NCBI GenBank assembly: GCA_965228895.1
Contig: OZ245842.1
Span: forward strand, 4,288,001 to 4,352,000
Origin: Alphaproteobacteria bacterium
GTDB lineage: Bacteria > Pseudomonadota > Alphaproteobacteria > SP197
DNA length: 64,000 nt
Direction of reading: 5' to 3'
This document shows, piece by piece, positions 9,145 through 18,116 of this stretch. The notes below the pieces were generated by a model. The model worked only from the letters and a program-made list of their open reading frames with translations. It was not told the origin of the DNA and made no database searches. Positions within the stretch are counted from its first letter, which is position 1, and each line of letters begins with the position of its first letter. The position numbers were made by a program, and so were the translations under genes.

Positions 9145-10910
9145 CGCGCGATCCGTTCGGCACGGAAGACGCGCAGCTTATAGTCGAGGTTGAACGGTTC
9201 GAGCGTGTCGAGCCGCGGCAATTCGACGCTGTGGCTTACTGCGCCTAGCTTCATCTCAAGGCGCTCACTTTGTCCGCTGGGCCGCTCGAAGTAGCTGATC
9301 GAGCGGTTGCCGTAGAGCAGTACCGATCGTGAGACGAGCGACGCGAAAACCGATTTGTCTTCTGCTGCTTTGTGTGCAACCTGAAACGACTGGAGTCGCC
9401 GTTGATTCTCGATTAGCTTTTCGCGCTCGGAAGGCTGCAGCTCGCGGACATGGCCGATTGCACGCAGACCTTCTAGGTAGCCTTCGAGCCGCTCAAGAAG
9501 GGTTAGAACTAAAGGCGTTGCCGCGTCAGCCTCATCCTTTGCTTGTTCAGTGAGCCATTCGCTAAGTTCGCCCGGAAAGTTGAGTAGCAAAGGGTCGAAA
9601 AGATGCTCCCCAATTGACTCGGCGACCGCTTCCGGCGCGGCGCGTATCAAGGACAGTAGGATTGAGGCGACAGTGATCGGATGGAGGAACAGATGGCCGA
9701 TAGTTTTTCTAGCAAGGAACACCGCCTCTTCACCCGAAAGTGCCTTAGCGGCGAAGTCGATCCGAAACGTCAGGGGATCACCGTGGACCTGACTTATGAG
9801 TCCGCGGGCCGCGTCACCAAGCGGCCGCTTACCACTTAACAACCATTTGACTATCACATGGGCGAGTCGATCCGGCTCGAGCTGCAGTAGAGCATGGGCG
9901 CTGCCGCTCAGCACTTCGAAATCATGAAACTCGATATGAGCGACAAGGAGTGGCTCGAGCAGCGCCAGCGCCTCATTGAGCCGGCCCTTTCTAGTAAGTG
10001 CGCCGACGGCGTGGTCGATGTTCTGGAGCGTACCGATACTCTCAACACGGTCCTTAAGCAGGATGTTGATCAGTGCAGCAACGATCGCAGGCGACAGATC
10101 CTCGCCGCGAAGCCAAAGCGTCTGTGACAGGCGATGAATTGTCTCGTCCCCAGCGAAACTCGCCGCGGTCGCAATGATATTGAGCACCTCGGCCTCGTTC
10201 GCGCCGTGTGTACATAGCGCAATATCGACTGCCGCAGACGCGATGACTCCGCGCAGGTCGTCATCGACCGCTACGTCGATTGCGGTCTGTAACGCGGCGA
10301 GCGCCTTAGGCGCGAACGCAGATTCGCCGGTGAAGTCAAAGCTCCCGATCGCCGCCGCAGCGCCAAGTTGGGCAACCTTAGTTGGTTCTGCCAGATAGGT
10401 GATCATACGATCAAGCGCCGCGCCGGCATCCATACGTTCTAAGGCTTGGAGCGCCAACATCACAAACACTGCATCGTCAAGGCGGTCCGTGTCGATCAGG
10501 CCGAGTGTTTGCTCGGCGCGATCACCCTTCGCCGCCCAGTCGCGAAAGGCAGCATTGGGCCTGCCCGCGACACCGTCATTGCCCGCCGCCGCGACAAGCG
10601 CGCGGACCACGGCCATCATTGGCTCGACCTCAGCCTCAAGTTCGGGGATTACCTGAACGTAGAAATGCTGGACAGCGAAGAAGTCATAGTCCTCGCTTCG
10701 TCCGGCTTCGAGCGCAAGTGCGGGTGCTAGCATGTCGACGGTGCCAGCATTGTGCGCGGCCACTGCGGCCTCTCGTAGCGCCACCGCCTCGGGATCATTG
10801 CGACCACCCAGGATCGTCTCCGTGATCAGTTTCGGTAACGTGCCCGTCTCATCGTGCCTTACTATGTCGTCAATAGATCTTGACCTTGCCCCCGATTTGT
10901 CCTCGTTCAT
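9141..10910 (-). CDS. Uncharacterised 589-aa Ala/Leu-rich helical protein (HEAT/ARM-like?)
   Basis: Long ORF with amphipathic-helix composition, translationally coupled to the nuclease-like gene; the fold is an inference. Confidence 0.7.
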   Translation of the reverse strand: MNEDKSGARSRSIDDIVRHDETGTLPKLITETILGGRNDPEAVALREAAVAAHNAGTVDMLAPALALEAGRSEDYDFFAVQHFYVQVIPELEAEVEPMMAVVRALVAAAGNDGVAGRPNAAFRDWAAKGDRAEQTLGLIDTDRLDDAVFVMLALQALERMDAGAALDRMITYLAEPTKVAQLGAAAAIGSFDFTGESAFAPKALAALQTAIDVAVDDDLRGVIASAAVDIALCTHGANEAEVLNIIATAASFAGDETIHRLSQTLWLRGEDLSPAIVAALINILLKDRVESIGTLQNIDHAVGALTRKGRLNEALALLEPLLVAHIEFHDFEVLSGSAHALLQLEPDRLAHVIVKWLLSGKRPLGDAARGLISQVHGDPLTFRIDFAAKALSGEEAVFLARKTIGHLFLHPITVASILLSLIRAAPEAVAESIGEHLFDPLLLNFPGELSEWLTEQAKDEADAATPLVLTLLERLEGYLEGLRAIGHVRELQPSEREKLIENQRRLQSFQVAHKAAEDKSVFASLVSRSVLLYGNRSISYFERPSGQSERLEMKLGAVSHSVELPRLDTLEPFNLDYKLRVFRAERIAR

Positions 10911-11086
10911 GAGTTAGCCCTGTTCGTGATGCGGTCCCTTTGGGGCCGGGTTGCGAACTCGTGGGTGTGAGTCCGTCGAGGCATTGTCTAATCATCTGGC
11001 CGAAACGATTGCAACCGGCGCGACGGCTCCAACGCGACGAGAACTAAACTAAGCATAAACGAGACAGCTACCACGTAACCGGAACG

Positions 11087-14086
11087 CTACTTAATGCCGT
11101 ACTTAAGACGGCGCTTTACGAACGCAGGCTGCGACCCCTCCAGCACGTCAACTATGCGCCGATTCATCACAGGATTTTCGATCGAACCTGTTTCATAGGA
11201 GAACTTGTAGTTCTCAGACTTCTCAAGCTTCACGTAGACGATCTGCTCGGCATCGGCTCCAACTGCCAAGTTAGGGTTGTGCGTAACCAGCACGACCTGC
11301 CTGTGTTTCTTGGCATCGCGAATGCAATTCGCCAGCACTCTAAATATGCTCTCGTTGTCCAGATTGTCCTCAGGTTGATCAATGATGAGCGGCGTGTTCT
11401 TACGATCGAGCTGGAGATAGAAGATCAAGAGAAGCAGGCCTTTTTCTCCTGGCGAGAGCTCATTCAGGTTCTTCCCGCCGAGGCGCAACTCGTACCGCGA
11501 CGACAAGTAGTCGAGCGAGAACAGGAAATCGTATAGTTCTTTGGCATCGTGCGCTTGATCCGAAATTAGGAGGTCATCTCCATTGTGACGTCTCATACTT
11601 GCTAGGAGTTGCTCACAAAAGCCAATGACGGCTTCAAAATCATCCCAGTTTGTTTCACGGACGAGCCGGGCAAGTTCCTGCTGCGCATCCTGATCGTTCT
11701 TAAAGGGACCACGTCTGCGCTGATTGATCTGGTTAAGGAACTCACGCCGAAACTCTCGATCCACAATGAAGGAAGCCTCGATCTCGATCTCAAATCCGGC
11801 AGTCCGAACGGCCTGAAGACGCTCCTCAACGCTATTCTTCAGATCACGATAGAACTGGAGAACCTGACTCTTGCTCCGATATATTTCCTGAACAATTTCG
11901 CTTCGTTCTGCAACACGGTCGACAAGAGTAGTGGCTAGGGTTTCATCGACATACTTCAAACGGTCTTTTAGCCAGAGAAGTGTTTCGGGCTTTGGTTCTT
12001 CATCGTTTCCCGCCACCTCAAGGCGCTTTGCCTTCCATGCTGCGAACCGTTCGACATACGACTGGTAACGACGTTGTGGCGTACTCAATTGCTCTTTCAA
12101 ACGTTCAATCTCGGATTCAATAAACTTGTAGGCGTTGCGAAGGTCAGGAATCGTAGCCAGGCTTGAGAATGCCGTTTCTAGAGAAAACGCTAGCTCACTC
12201 TCAGCCTCAAGAGCGCTGATCCTTGCCTGCAACTCCTCAATCTTTGTCTGCACGGGTGCTGGATCGATCTCAAACTTGACCACATCCGAAACGGCGAGCT
12301 CTAAAGCGGCAAGTGGCTCTGTCAACTCTTCGATGCCTTCTCGCGTTTGCGAGTCGAGGCTCGTCAGCCTCTCCTTTAAGGAGACCGCAGATTGAAGGTT
12401 AGTCTTTAGCGTAGTGGTTTCGGCGATCCTCTGCTGCCGAGCCTCACTCACCGATGCGAGTAGTTTTGTGAGGCGGGCGACTTCCGCCGCAAGCCCTTTT
12501 TGCGCGTCGGATTCTGTATCTGGCTTCGCAACTTCCTTTGGTACAGCATCATCCAGGGCCTTCAGCTCTTCTGTCTTGGCCTCAATCTGCCCGATCAGCC
12601 GCTTCCGAAAATGTGGTGAACTTTGGTCCTCAAGGTCAACAATCTCGACGTTCAGCTCTCTAAGTCGCCTCTTCAGTGAGCTTATCTCCTGTTTGCTTTG
12701 TAGTGTCTTTGCCTCCTCCAGCTGTGAAAATGACGACGTTCCAAGCTTCTCTGTCTCCTCAACATGTGAGAAGACGACTTCCTCAATCTCTTTCCGAAAC
12801 TGCTCTATCTCGATTTCGTTCGTAAGTTGCTCAAAATAGTTCTGCGGCAGATATCGAACTGTCTCCGGCCTATCGCGGTCACAATGATCGATTAAATGTT
12901 TCTCTTCTCTCTTACTGGTATGCCATGTGATCGCCGCCTTGAAATTTTCCGCGTAGCCGCGCTGGCGAAACTTCTTGCTCTTGGAATCGTCAGCAAGGAA
13001 CGAAAAGTAATCTTCCTGATGGCTCTCGCCCAAGAGACCTAAGATATCGACAATGGCACTCTTGCCGCTGCCTTTGTTTCCGATGATAGCAGTCAGCTCC
13101 GGGTTTAGAGGTAACTCAACTCCTTTGAACCATCGCCCATTTGCCTCACCGTACCCGTCAACTTGGTCGATCTGCAGAAGACTGAGAAACTTGGTGCCGT
13201 CCTGTTCCTGGCGGACGATAACATCGGGTTCTGAGCCGATGAATACACGACTCTCCGGTTCATGGCATATCTGCTTCAGTCCCACAAACGTTGTATCTGC
13301 CTTGATCCAGGTAGGAGGAAATCCCGCAACATTACCGCCCAGACGCTCAAGGTCTTCAAAACTGTGAGCGTCACATCCGGATACAACAGGCTTGGGGGCA
13401 GACTCGCCTTCGGCATAGCGGTCTGCTCTTAGAAAAAAGGCCTTGTTACCAGCATTCCCGAAGAAGAGGTCACTTGCCCTATCGATGCGGTCCGCAAGAT
13501 TGACTTTCCGCGGGGACTCATTGTCGGTCGACCGCAGACCATTGTTGTTTGCAGGGAACGCAACGAGATAAGGTTTTGTATCGCCGAAAGTCTCATCAAG
13601 AGCCTCGGTTAAACTATCGAGACTGACGGTCGCGGCCATTATCTGCTCTTGAGTTTGCAGATCTGAACAGCGCTGACGAACGCTTGCATCGTCAATCGAC
13701 TGAGTATCGAGGTTGGTAAGAAATCGACCGATCCGGTCTTCGTTCGTAACATCAGGATCATTGTCGAAGATCACATGAATGTCCGGGTGGCTTCCGTCCT
13801 TGCTTATCGATTCAGAAAGCCGGAACTCAATATTCACGAAAAAAACCGATTTGGATTCAGCGTACTTCTCTGCATACCGCCTGCGTAGCTCGAAGAAGCT
13901 GTCACAACTAAAGTAGTCTGTTACGCCGAATACCTGAACCGGCGATGCTTCGAGTGTGTCAATGAATCTGTCCCAGACTGCATCATCAACCCCGCCATAG
14001 GCATTGTTCAATCTTGTTCCAGGTGCGTGCAGGTGGAGGTCCCAACGTCTCCACAAAGAACCATTGCTGGCAGCTTTGCTATCCAT
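11087..14086 (-). CDS. PHP-domain + coiled-coil ABC/SMC-type ATPase (Ppl / TrlF-family anti-phage protein)
   Basis: PHP motifs WDLHLH, GVTDY, GCDAH; Walker A GNKGSGKS; coiled coil; signature LSPGEK; Walker B LIIDQPEDNLD; H-loop VTHN. Confidence 0.85.
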   Translation of the reverse strand: MDSKAASNGSLWRRWDLHLHAPGTRLNNAYGGVDDAVWDRFIDTLEASPVQVFGVTDYFSCDSFFELRRRYAEKYAESKSVFFVNIEFRLSESISKDGSHPDIHVIFDNDPDVTNEDRIGRFLTNLDTQSIDDASVRQRCSDLQTQEQIMAATVSLDSLTEALDETFGDTKPYLVAFPANNNGLRSTDNESPRKVNLADRIDRASDLFFGNAGNKAFFLRADRYAEGESAPKPVVSGCDAHSFEDLERLGGNVAGFPPTWIKADTTFVGLKQICHEPESRVFIGSEPDVIVRQEQDGTKFLSLLQIDQVDGYGEANGRWFKGVELPLNPELTAIIGNKGSGKSAIVDILGLLGESHQEDYFSFLADDSKSKKFRQRGYAENFKAAITWHTSKREEKHLIDHCDRDRPETVRYLPQNYFEQLTNEIEIEQFRKEIEEVVFSHVEETEKLGTSSFSQLEEAKTLQSKQEISSLKRRLRELNVEIVDLEDQSSPHFRKRLIGQIEAKTEELKALDDAVPKEVAKPDTESDAQKGLAAEVARLTKLLASVSEARQQRIAETTTLKTNLQSAVSLKERLTSLDSQTREGIEELTEPLAALELAVSDVVKFEIDPAPVQTKIEELQARISALEAESELAFSLETAFSSLATIPDLRNAYKFIESEIERLKEQLSTPQRRYQSYVERFAAWKAKRLEVAGNDEEPKPETLLWLKDRLKYVDETLATTLVDRVAERSEIVQEIYRSKSQVLQFYRDLKNSVEERLQAVRTAGFEIEIEASFIVDREFRREFLNQINQRRRGPFKNDQDAQQELARLVRETNWDDFEAVIGFCEQLLASMRRHNGDDLLISDQAHDAKELYDFLFSLDYLSSRYELRLGGKNLNELSPGEKGLLLLIFYLQLDRKNTPLIIDQPEDNLDNESIFRVLANCIRDAKKHRQVVLVTHNPNLAVGADAEQIVYVKLEKSENYKFSYETGSIENPVMNRRIVDVLEGSQPAFVKRRLKYGIK

Positions 14087-14835
14087 TATGTGTTCACCGC
14101 ACTACGCTTGCCATCTGGCGCTCGAAGAATTGGGGTAGAACGTCAGTTCGTTGCCGGTTATGGCGGAAAAAGATCAGCCCCATGACCGGCAAAAAGCAGC
14201 CGTTGCTAGCGTAGTTAGGGTTAGCTCTCAGGTGATCAACTATCAACGACGGTCGGTTTCTTTGAACTTCGACTATGTGCTCCATATCTCCCCAATTCTT
14301 TGCGCAACCGTTGACCCACTGTTTGCTACATACGCCCGCCCAAGCTCATGTAGCACCTGAGCGGCAGGCCTAGTCTGTTCCAAGCACACCTCTAGAGTGA
14401 CCTCGGACAGACTGCGCCGAGCTCGTACCCGTTTGCCGACATCTCTCATAACCTGGGCATCACAACCAATGGATACACATCTGTTGAGCTGTGAGTAGTA
14501 TAGAGAGATTGAGAATTCCACAGAGATCGGTGGAAAGTACAAAGACCGGATCGCGGGAAATAGGTCAGCATCCCTGCAGCAGACTTGTTGCAAGGAGTAT
14601 CCGAACAACTCAGAGAATGGCAGCTTTCTGCTGGCTCAGAGGATTGTTAAGTTGCGGTGGTGACGACGCCGAAGGCTTTTTTCACCGCATACCTCGCCTA
14701 ACTTACTGATTTGGCAAAGTGGCGACGCAGTGGCTCTCCCCCAGCGCAAGGATCATCCCGTCGACCTAGTTGCATTCCTTCTCACCAATGCTAGCGAGCC
14801 AGTTTAGCTGGGCATTTCTCGGTGCCTCATAGTCC

Positions 14836-15336
14836 TTACTCCACGACAAATAGGGCCCGTGCGACGTCGTCTATCGCCGCAAGTGCTGAGAACTGTCCCT
14901 TTCTCACAATCCGAATGTTCGGCCGTTCCGCCTTTAGGCCGGTCTTATCGCCCTTGGTGTGCTTGCCGACTCGATCGCCCAGCGGCGGAAGTTGCTCCCC
15001 TGCCCGGCCGCCAAACCAGAGAAACGGCCCCAAATCCATCGTCTCGGGATCGAACCAGATCCAGATGACACAGCCGCTCGGCTTCTCCGCCAGATTGATA
15101 TGGATACCGACATTGGCCGTCTTCGCACCGCGGTAGCTGGCCTTGAACTGGACGTGGCGCAGGACGCCATTGGACTCCAGGACGAGGTCGTAGCCGGCAC
15201 GGTCGACATCGGCCCGAAGGACCTCGATGTCGCGGGTCCCCTGGCGCCAGAGGCAGCGCAGCAGATCGCCAATAAACAGATGCTCGATGACTTTCTCACG
15301 AAGACTGGAATCGACGGTGTGGGCGGGATCGGTCAT
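14836..15336 (-). CDS. Stand-alone PD-(D/E)XK-superfamily nuclease-like protein
   Basis: EKVIEHLF...DVDRAGYDLVL...RHVQFKAS (E...D...QxK); start ATG 15336 after AGGA. Confidence 0.7.
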   Translation of the reverse strand: MTDPAHTVDSSLREKVIEHLFIGDLLRCLWRQGTRDIEVLRADVDRAGYDLVLESNGVLRHVQFKASYRGAKTANVGIHINLAEKPSGCVIWIWFDPETMDLGPFLWFGGRAGEQLPPLGDRVGKHTKGDKTGLKAERPNIRIVRKGQFSALAAIDDVARALFVVE

Positions 15337-15415
15337 GGTTCGTCCTGACAAGCTGTTGTTCCGATTGCCTAAAGCGCGACGGTGATCGCTTCCTTGCCGG
15401 GCGAAGTCCAGCAAA

Positions 15416-15450
15416 ATGAGACTCATAGTCCGTAGACTAAAAGTCAACAA
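15416..15450 (+). promoter_or_regulatory. Tandem C-box operator of an RM controller protein
   Basis: ATGAGACTCATAGTC-CGTA-GACTAAAAGTCAACAA: two GACT-N3-AGTC palindromes (15420-15430, 15435-15445) 4 nt apart, the layout of PvuII/Esp1396I-type operators; ends 18 nt before the C-gene ATG. Confidence 0.85.
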
Positions 15451-15468
15451 AACTCGCCTTCTGGCTGC

Positions 15469-15687
15469 ATGGATGTGCGCCAACGGGTCGGTATCAACGT
15501 CAGGAAGTTCCGCAAGGAGCGGCAGCTTTCCCAGGAAAAGCTCGGTTTCGCGTGCGGCCGCGACCGCACCTATATCAGCGGCATCGAGCGGGGCGAGCGC
15601 AACCCGACCGTCGTCGTCCTGGAGGAGATCGCCAAAGCCCTTGGTGTGCCGACCTCACGCCTTCTGGAGGAGGTCGAAGGGACCTAG
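15469..15687 (+). CDS. XRE-family HTH protein of the RM controller (C protein) type
   Basis: VGINVRKFRKERQLSQEKLG..CG.DRTYISGIERGERNPTV..LEEIAKALGV; the RTYISGIERG.RN recognition helix is typical of C proteins; C-box upstream, no SD. Confidence 0.88.
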   Translation: MDVRQRVGINVRKFRKERQLSQEKLGFACGRDRTYISGIERGERNPTVVVLEEIAKALGVPTSRLLEEVEGT

Positions 15688-15791
15688 ATCCCACCGTTAA
15701 GCCGCAGAGTTCGGGCAAAGCCCGCCAAAACCAATGTAGAGGCGGAACGCCCGAGCCGGCGACCGGCCACGGCGCTGCTACGTAGCGGCGT

Positions 15792-16139
15792 TCATCCCCT
15801 CGTCTCCCGGGCCTGACGATCCGTGGGTACGGAGGGGTCGGTGCGGCGGAGCTTCGAGCGATACCAGCTCACCGATGCCAGGCTGGTCGAGGCGCCGGGG
15901 AACTTATCCTTGATCAAATCGAGGACCTCCTGATTGGTCTTGCCGGCCTCCAGCTCACGCCTGGCCGTCTCCCCGACCGACTTCCATCGCTCCGTAAAAA
16001 GGTAGTGATTCAGCGCCTCTCGGACGGCCTCGCTGACGGAGACCCGCGTGTCCTCGGCCATGTCGTGGAGGGCATCGACCAGTTCCTGGGGCAGGGTCAC
16101 CGTGACCCGGCGCATGTGATCGCTATCACCTCTGGTCAT
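15792..16139 (-). CDS. Ribbon-helix-helix (CopG-like) regulator with additional C-terminal domain
   Basis: MRRVTVTLPQELVDALHDMA....VSVSEAVREALNHYL; AGGAGAGG RBS. Confidence 0.8.
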   Translation of the reverse strand: MTRGDSDHMRRVTVTLPQELVDALHDMAEDTRVSVSEAVREALNHYLFTERWKSVGETARRELEAGKTNQEVLDLIKDKFPGASTSLASVSWYRSKLRRTDPSVPTDRQARETRG

Positions 16140-16159
16140 ACTAGTCCTCTCCTACATGA

Positions 16160-16209
16160 TTGACTCATAAGATCGCATACATCATATTGAGTATGAGCGA
16201 AGAAGACAA
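16160..16209. promoter_or_regulatory. Overlapping divergent sigma70-like promoters
   Basis: Plus strand: TTGACT(16160-65)-N17-CATATT(16183-88). Minus strand: TTGTCT(16209-04)-N17-TATGAT(16186-81). Confidence 0.6.
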
Positions 16210-16228
16210 GGCCTATGGAGTTGGACAC

Positions 16229-17521
16229 ATGCGCGACCTTAGCGTGACCGAGATACCCATTGCAGGGCTTGTGCCCTATCACCGCAACGCGCGGACACAC
16301 TCGAAGAAGCAGTTGCATCAGATCGCGGACTCGATCCGGACCTTCGGCTGGACCAACCCGATCCTGATCGACCGCGAGGGTGGCGTGATCGCCGGCCACG
16401 GCCGATTGGAGGCTGCCAAGCTGCTGGGCCTGAAGGCCGTCCCGACGATCCGTATCGAGGATATGAGTGAGGAGCAGAAGCGGGCCTACATCCTGGCCGA
16501 CAACAAGCTCGCCGAGAACGCCGGCTGGGATAACGAGATCCTTGCGCTGGAGCTGAAGGACCTGATCGACCTCGACCTTGAGATCGACATCACGTCAACC
16601 GGGTTCGAGATGGGCGAGATCGACGTCCTGATCGAGGGTCTGAACTCGTATACCGGACCGGACCCGGATGACGATATCCCGCCGGTCGACCCGGACCAAC
16701 CAAATGTCAGCGAGCTCGGCGAGCTCTGGCTGCTGGGCGATCACCGGCTGCTCTGCGGCAATGCCCTGGACGCTAAGATCTACGCGCGGCTGCTAGATGG
16801 CGAGCAGGCCCAGATGGTGTTCACCGACCCGCCCTACAACGTGCCCGTCGACGGTCATGTCAGCGGCTTAGGCTCGGTCAGGCATGCCGAGTTCGCGATG
16901 GCATCGGGCGAGATGTCGGAAGAGGCGTTCACGGCGTTCCTGAAGACCGTGTTCGGCCTCATGGTCGATCACAGCGTCGACGGCGCGATCCACTTCGTCT
17001 GCATGGACTGGCGCCATCTCTATGAGCTGCTGACTGCCGGCCGCGCCGCCTACAGCGAGCTGAAGAACCTCTGCGTCTGGAACAAGACGAATGGTGGCAT
17101 GGGGTCGTTCTACCGGTCCAAGCATGAGCTGGTCGCGGTGTTCAAGGCCGGCACCGCGCCACACGTCAACAACGTCGCGCTGGGCAGCCATGGCCGATAT
17201 CGCACCAATGTCTGGGACTACGCCGGTGCCAATGCGCTGGGCAACGGCCGCGACGAGGCGCTTGCCATGCACCCGACGGTGAAGCCAGTCGCCATGGTTG
17301 CCGATGCCATCCTCGACTGCTCGACCCGCGGCGGCCTGGTGCTCGACGCGTTCTCAGGCTCCGGCAGCACCATCCTGGCCGCCGAACGGACCGGACGGCG
17401 GGCGGCCGCGATCGAGATCGAGCCGCACTATGTCGACGTGGCGATCAGGCGCTTCGAAGCCTCGACCGGCATCGACGCGGTCGAGGCCAGGAGCGGCCTC
17501 AGGTTCCGGGAGCTGACATGA
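16229..17521 (+). CDS. ParB-N-terminal, phage-type N6/N4 DNA methyltransferase
   Basis: ParB motifs IAGHGRLEAA and ADNK; catalytic FTDPPYN; HPTVKPV; SAM-binding VLDAFSGSGST (beta-class order). Confidence 0.92.
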   Translation: MRDLSVTEIPIAGLVPYHRNARTHSKKQLHQIADSIRTFGWTNPILIDREGGVIAGHGRLEAAKLLGLKAVPTIRIEDMSEEQKRAYILADNKLAENAGWDNEILALELKDLIDLDLEIDITSTGFEMGEIDVLIEGLNSYTGPDPDDDIPPVDPDQPNVSELGELWLLGDHRLLCGNALDAKIYARLLDGEQAQMVFTDPPYNVPVDGHVSGLGSVRHAEFAMASGEMSEEAFTAFLKTVFGLMVDHSVDGAIHFVCMDWRHLYELLTAGRAAYSELKNLCVWNKTNGGMGSFYRSKHELVAVFKAGTAPHVNNVALGSHGRYRTNVWDYAGANALGNGRDEALAMHPTVKPVAMVADAILDCSTRGGLVLDAFSGSGSTILAAERTGRRAAAIEIEPHYVDVAIRRFEASTGIDAVEARSGLRFRELT

Positions 17522-17618
17522 GGATCTAACGGCGGGCGATGACCGGCCCGCCGAGAGGCAGGGCGCATACGAGCAACGACAGTTGGATTGACACCCAGAG
17601 CAAGCTGAGGACACGACG

Positions 17619-18116
17619 ATGGCTAAAAACCCAAACAGTAAGTCAGGCGACGAAGACGTCGGCTACCGCAACCCGCCGAAGGAGCACCGATGGCAGAAGG
17701 GCACATCAGGCAACCCAAAAGGCAGGCCGAAGGCATGTCAGAACTTCGAGACCGACGTCAAGGAGACCCTGAAAGAGCAGGTGACGGTCACCGAGAACGG
17801 CACGAAGAAGACGGTAAGTGCGCAGAAGGCCAGTCTGTTGCGCCTGAAAGAGAAGGCGCTCAAAGGTGATGCCCGGTCGCTCGACACGCTCCTGGATCTG
17901 GCGCGCATCCACAACAGCGAAGACCTAGCCGCGCAGGCCGAAGAGGCGCTCGACCCGTTGGATCAGGAGATCCTCGACGACTACTTCGAGCGGCGACTGG
18001 CACAGGAGGAGAGGCGACGGGCCGCCGAGGTCACCGAACCGCCGGTCGATGGCGATCACGAAGAAGAGAACCACGAAGACGATGAGGAGGACCCCGATGC
18101 CTGGCTCCTTGGCTGA
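17619..18116 (+). CDS. DUF5681-like protein, putative terminase small subunit
   Basis: VGYRNPPKEHRWQKGTSGNPKGRPK motif; overlaps the start of the terminase large subunit. Confidence 0.8.
   Translation: MAKNPNSKSGDEDVGYRNPPKEHRWQKGTSGNPKGRPKACQNFETDVKETLKEQVTVTENGTKKTVSAQKASLLRLKEKALKGDARSLDTLLDLARIHNSEDLAAQAEEALDPLDQEILDDYFERRLAQEERRRAAEVTEPPVDGDHEEENHEDDEEDPDAWLLG

Noticed and set aside
14836-17521. Complete type II RM system (nuclease + C + methyltransferase)
   Set aside because: The MTase is the ParB-fused phage type in an operon with terminase, separated from C by a convergent RHH gene. The nuclease is divergent from C rather than downstream. A cognate R-M pairing is not supported.
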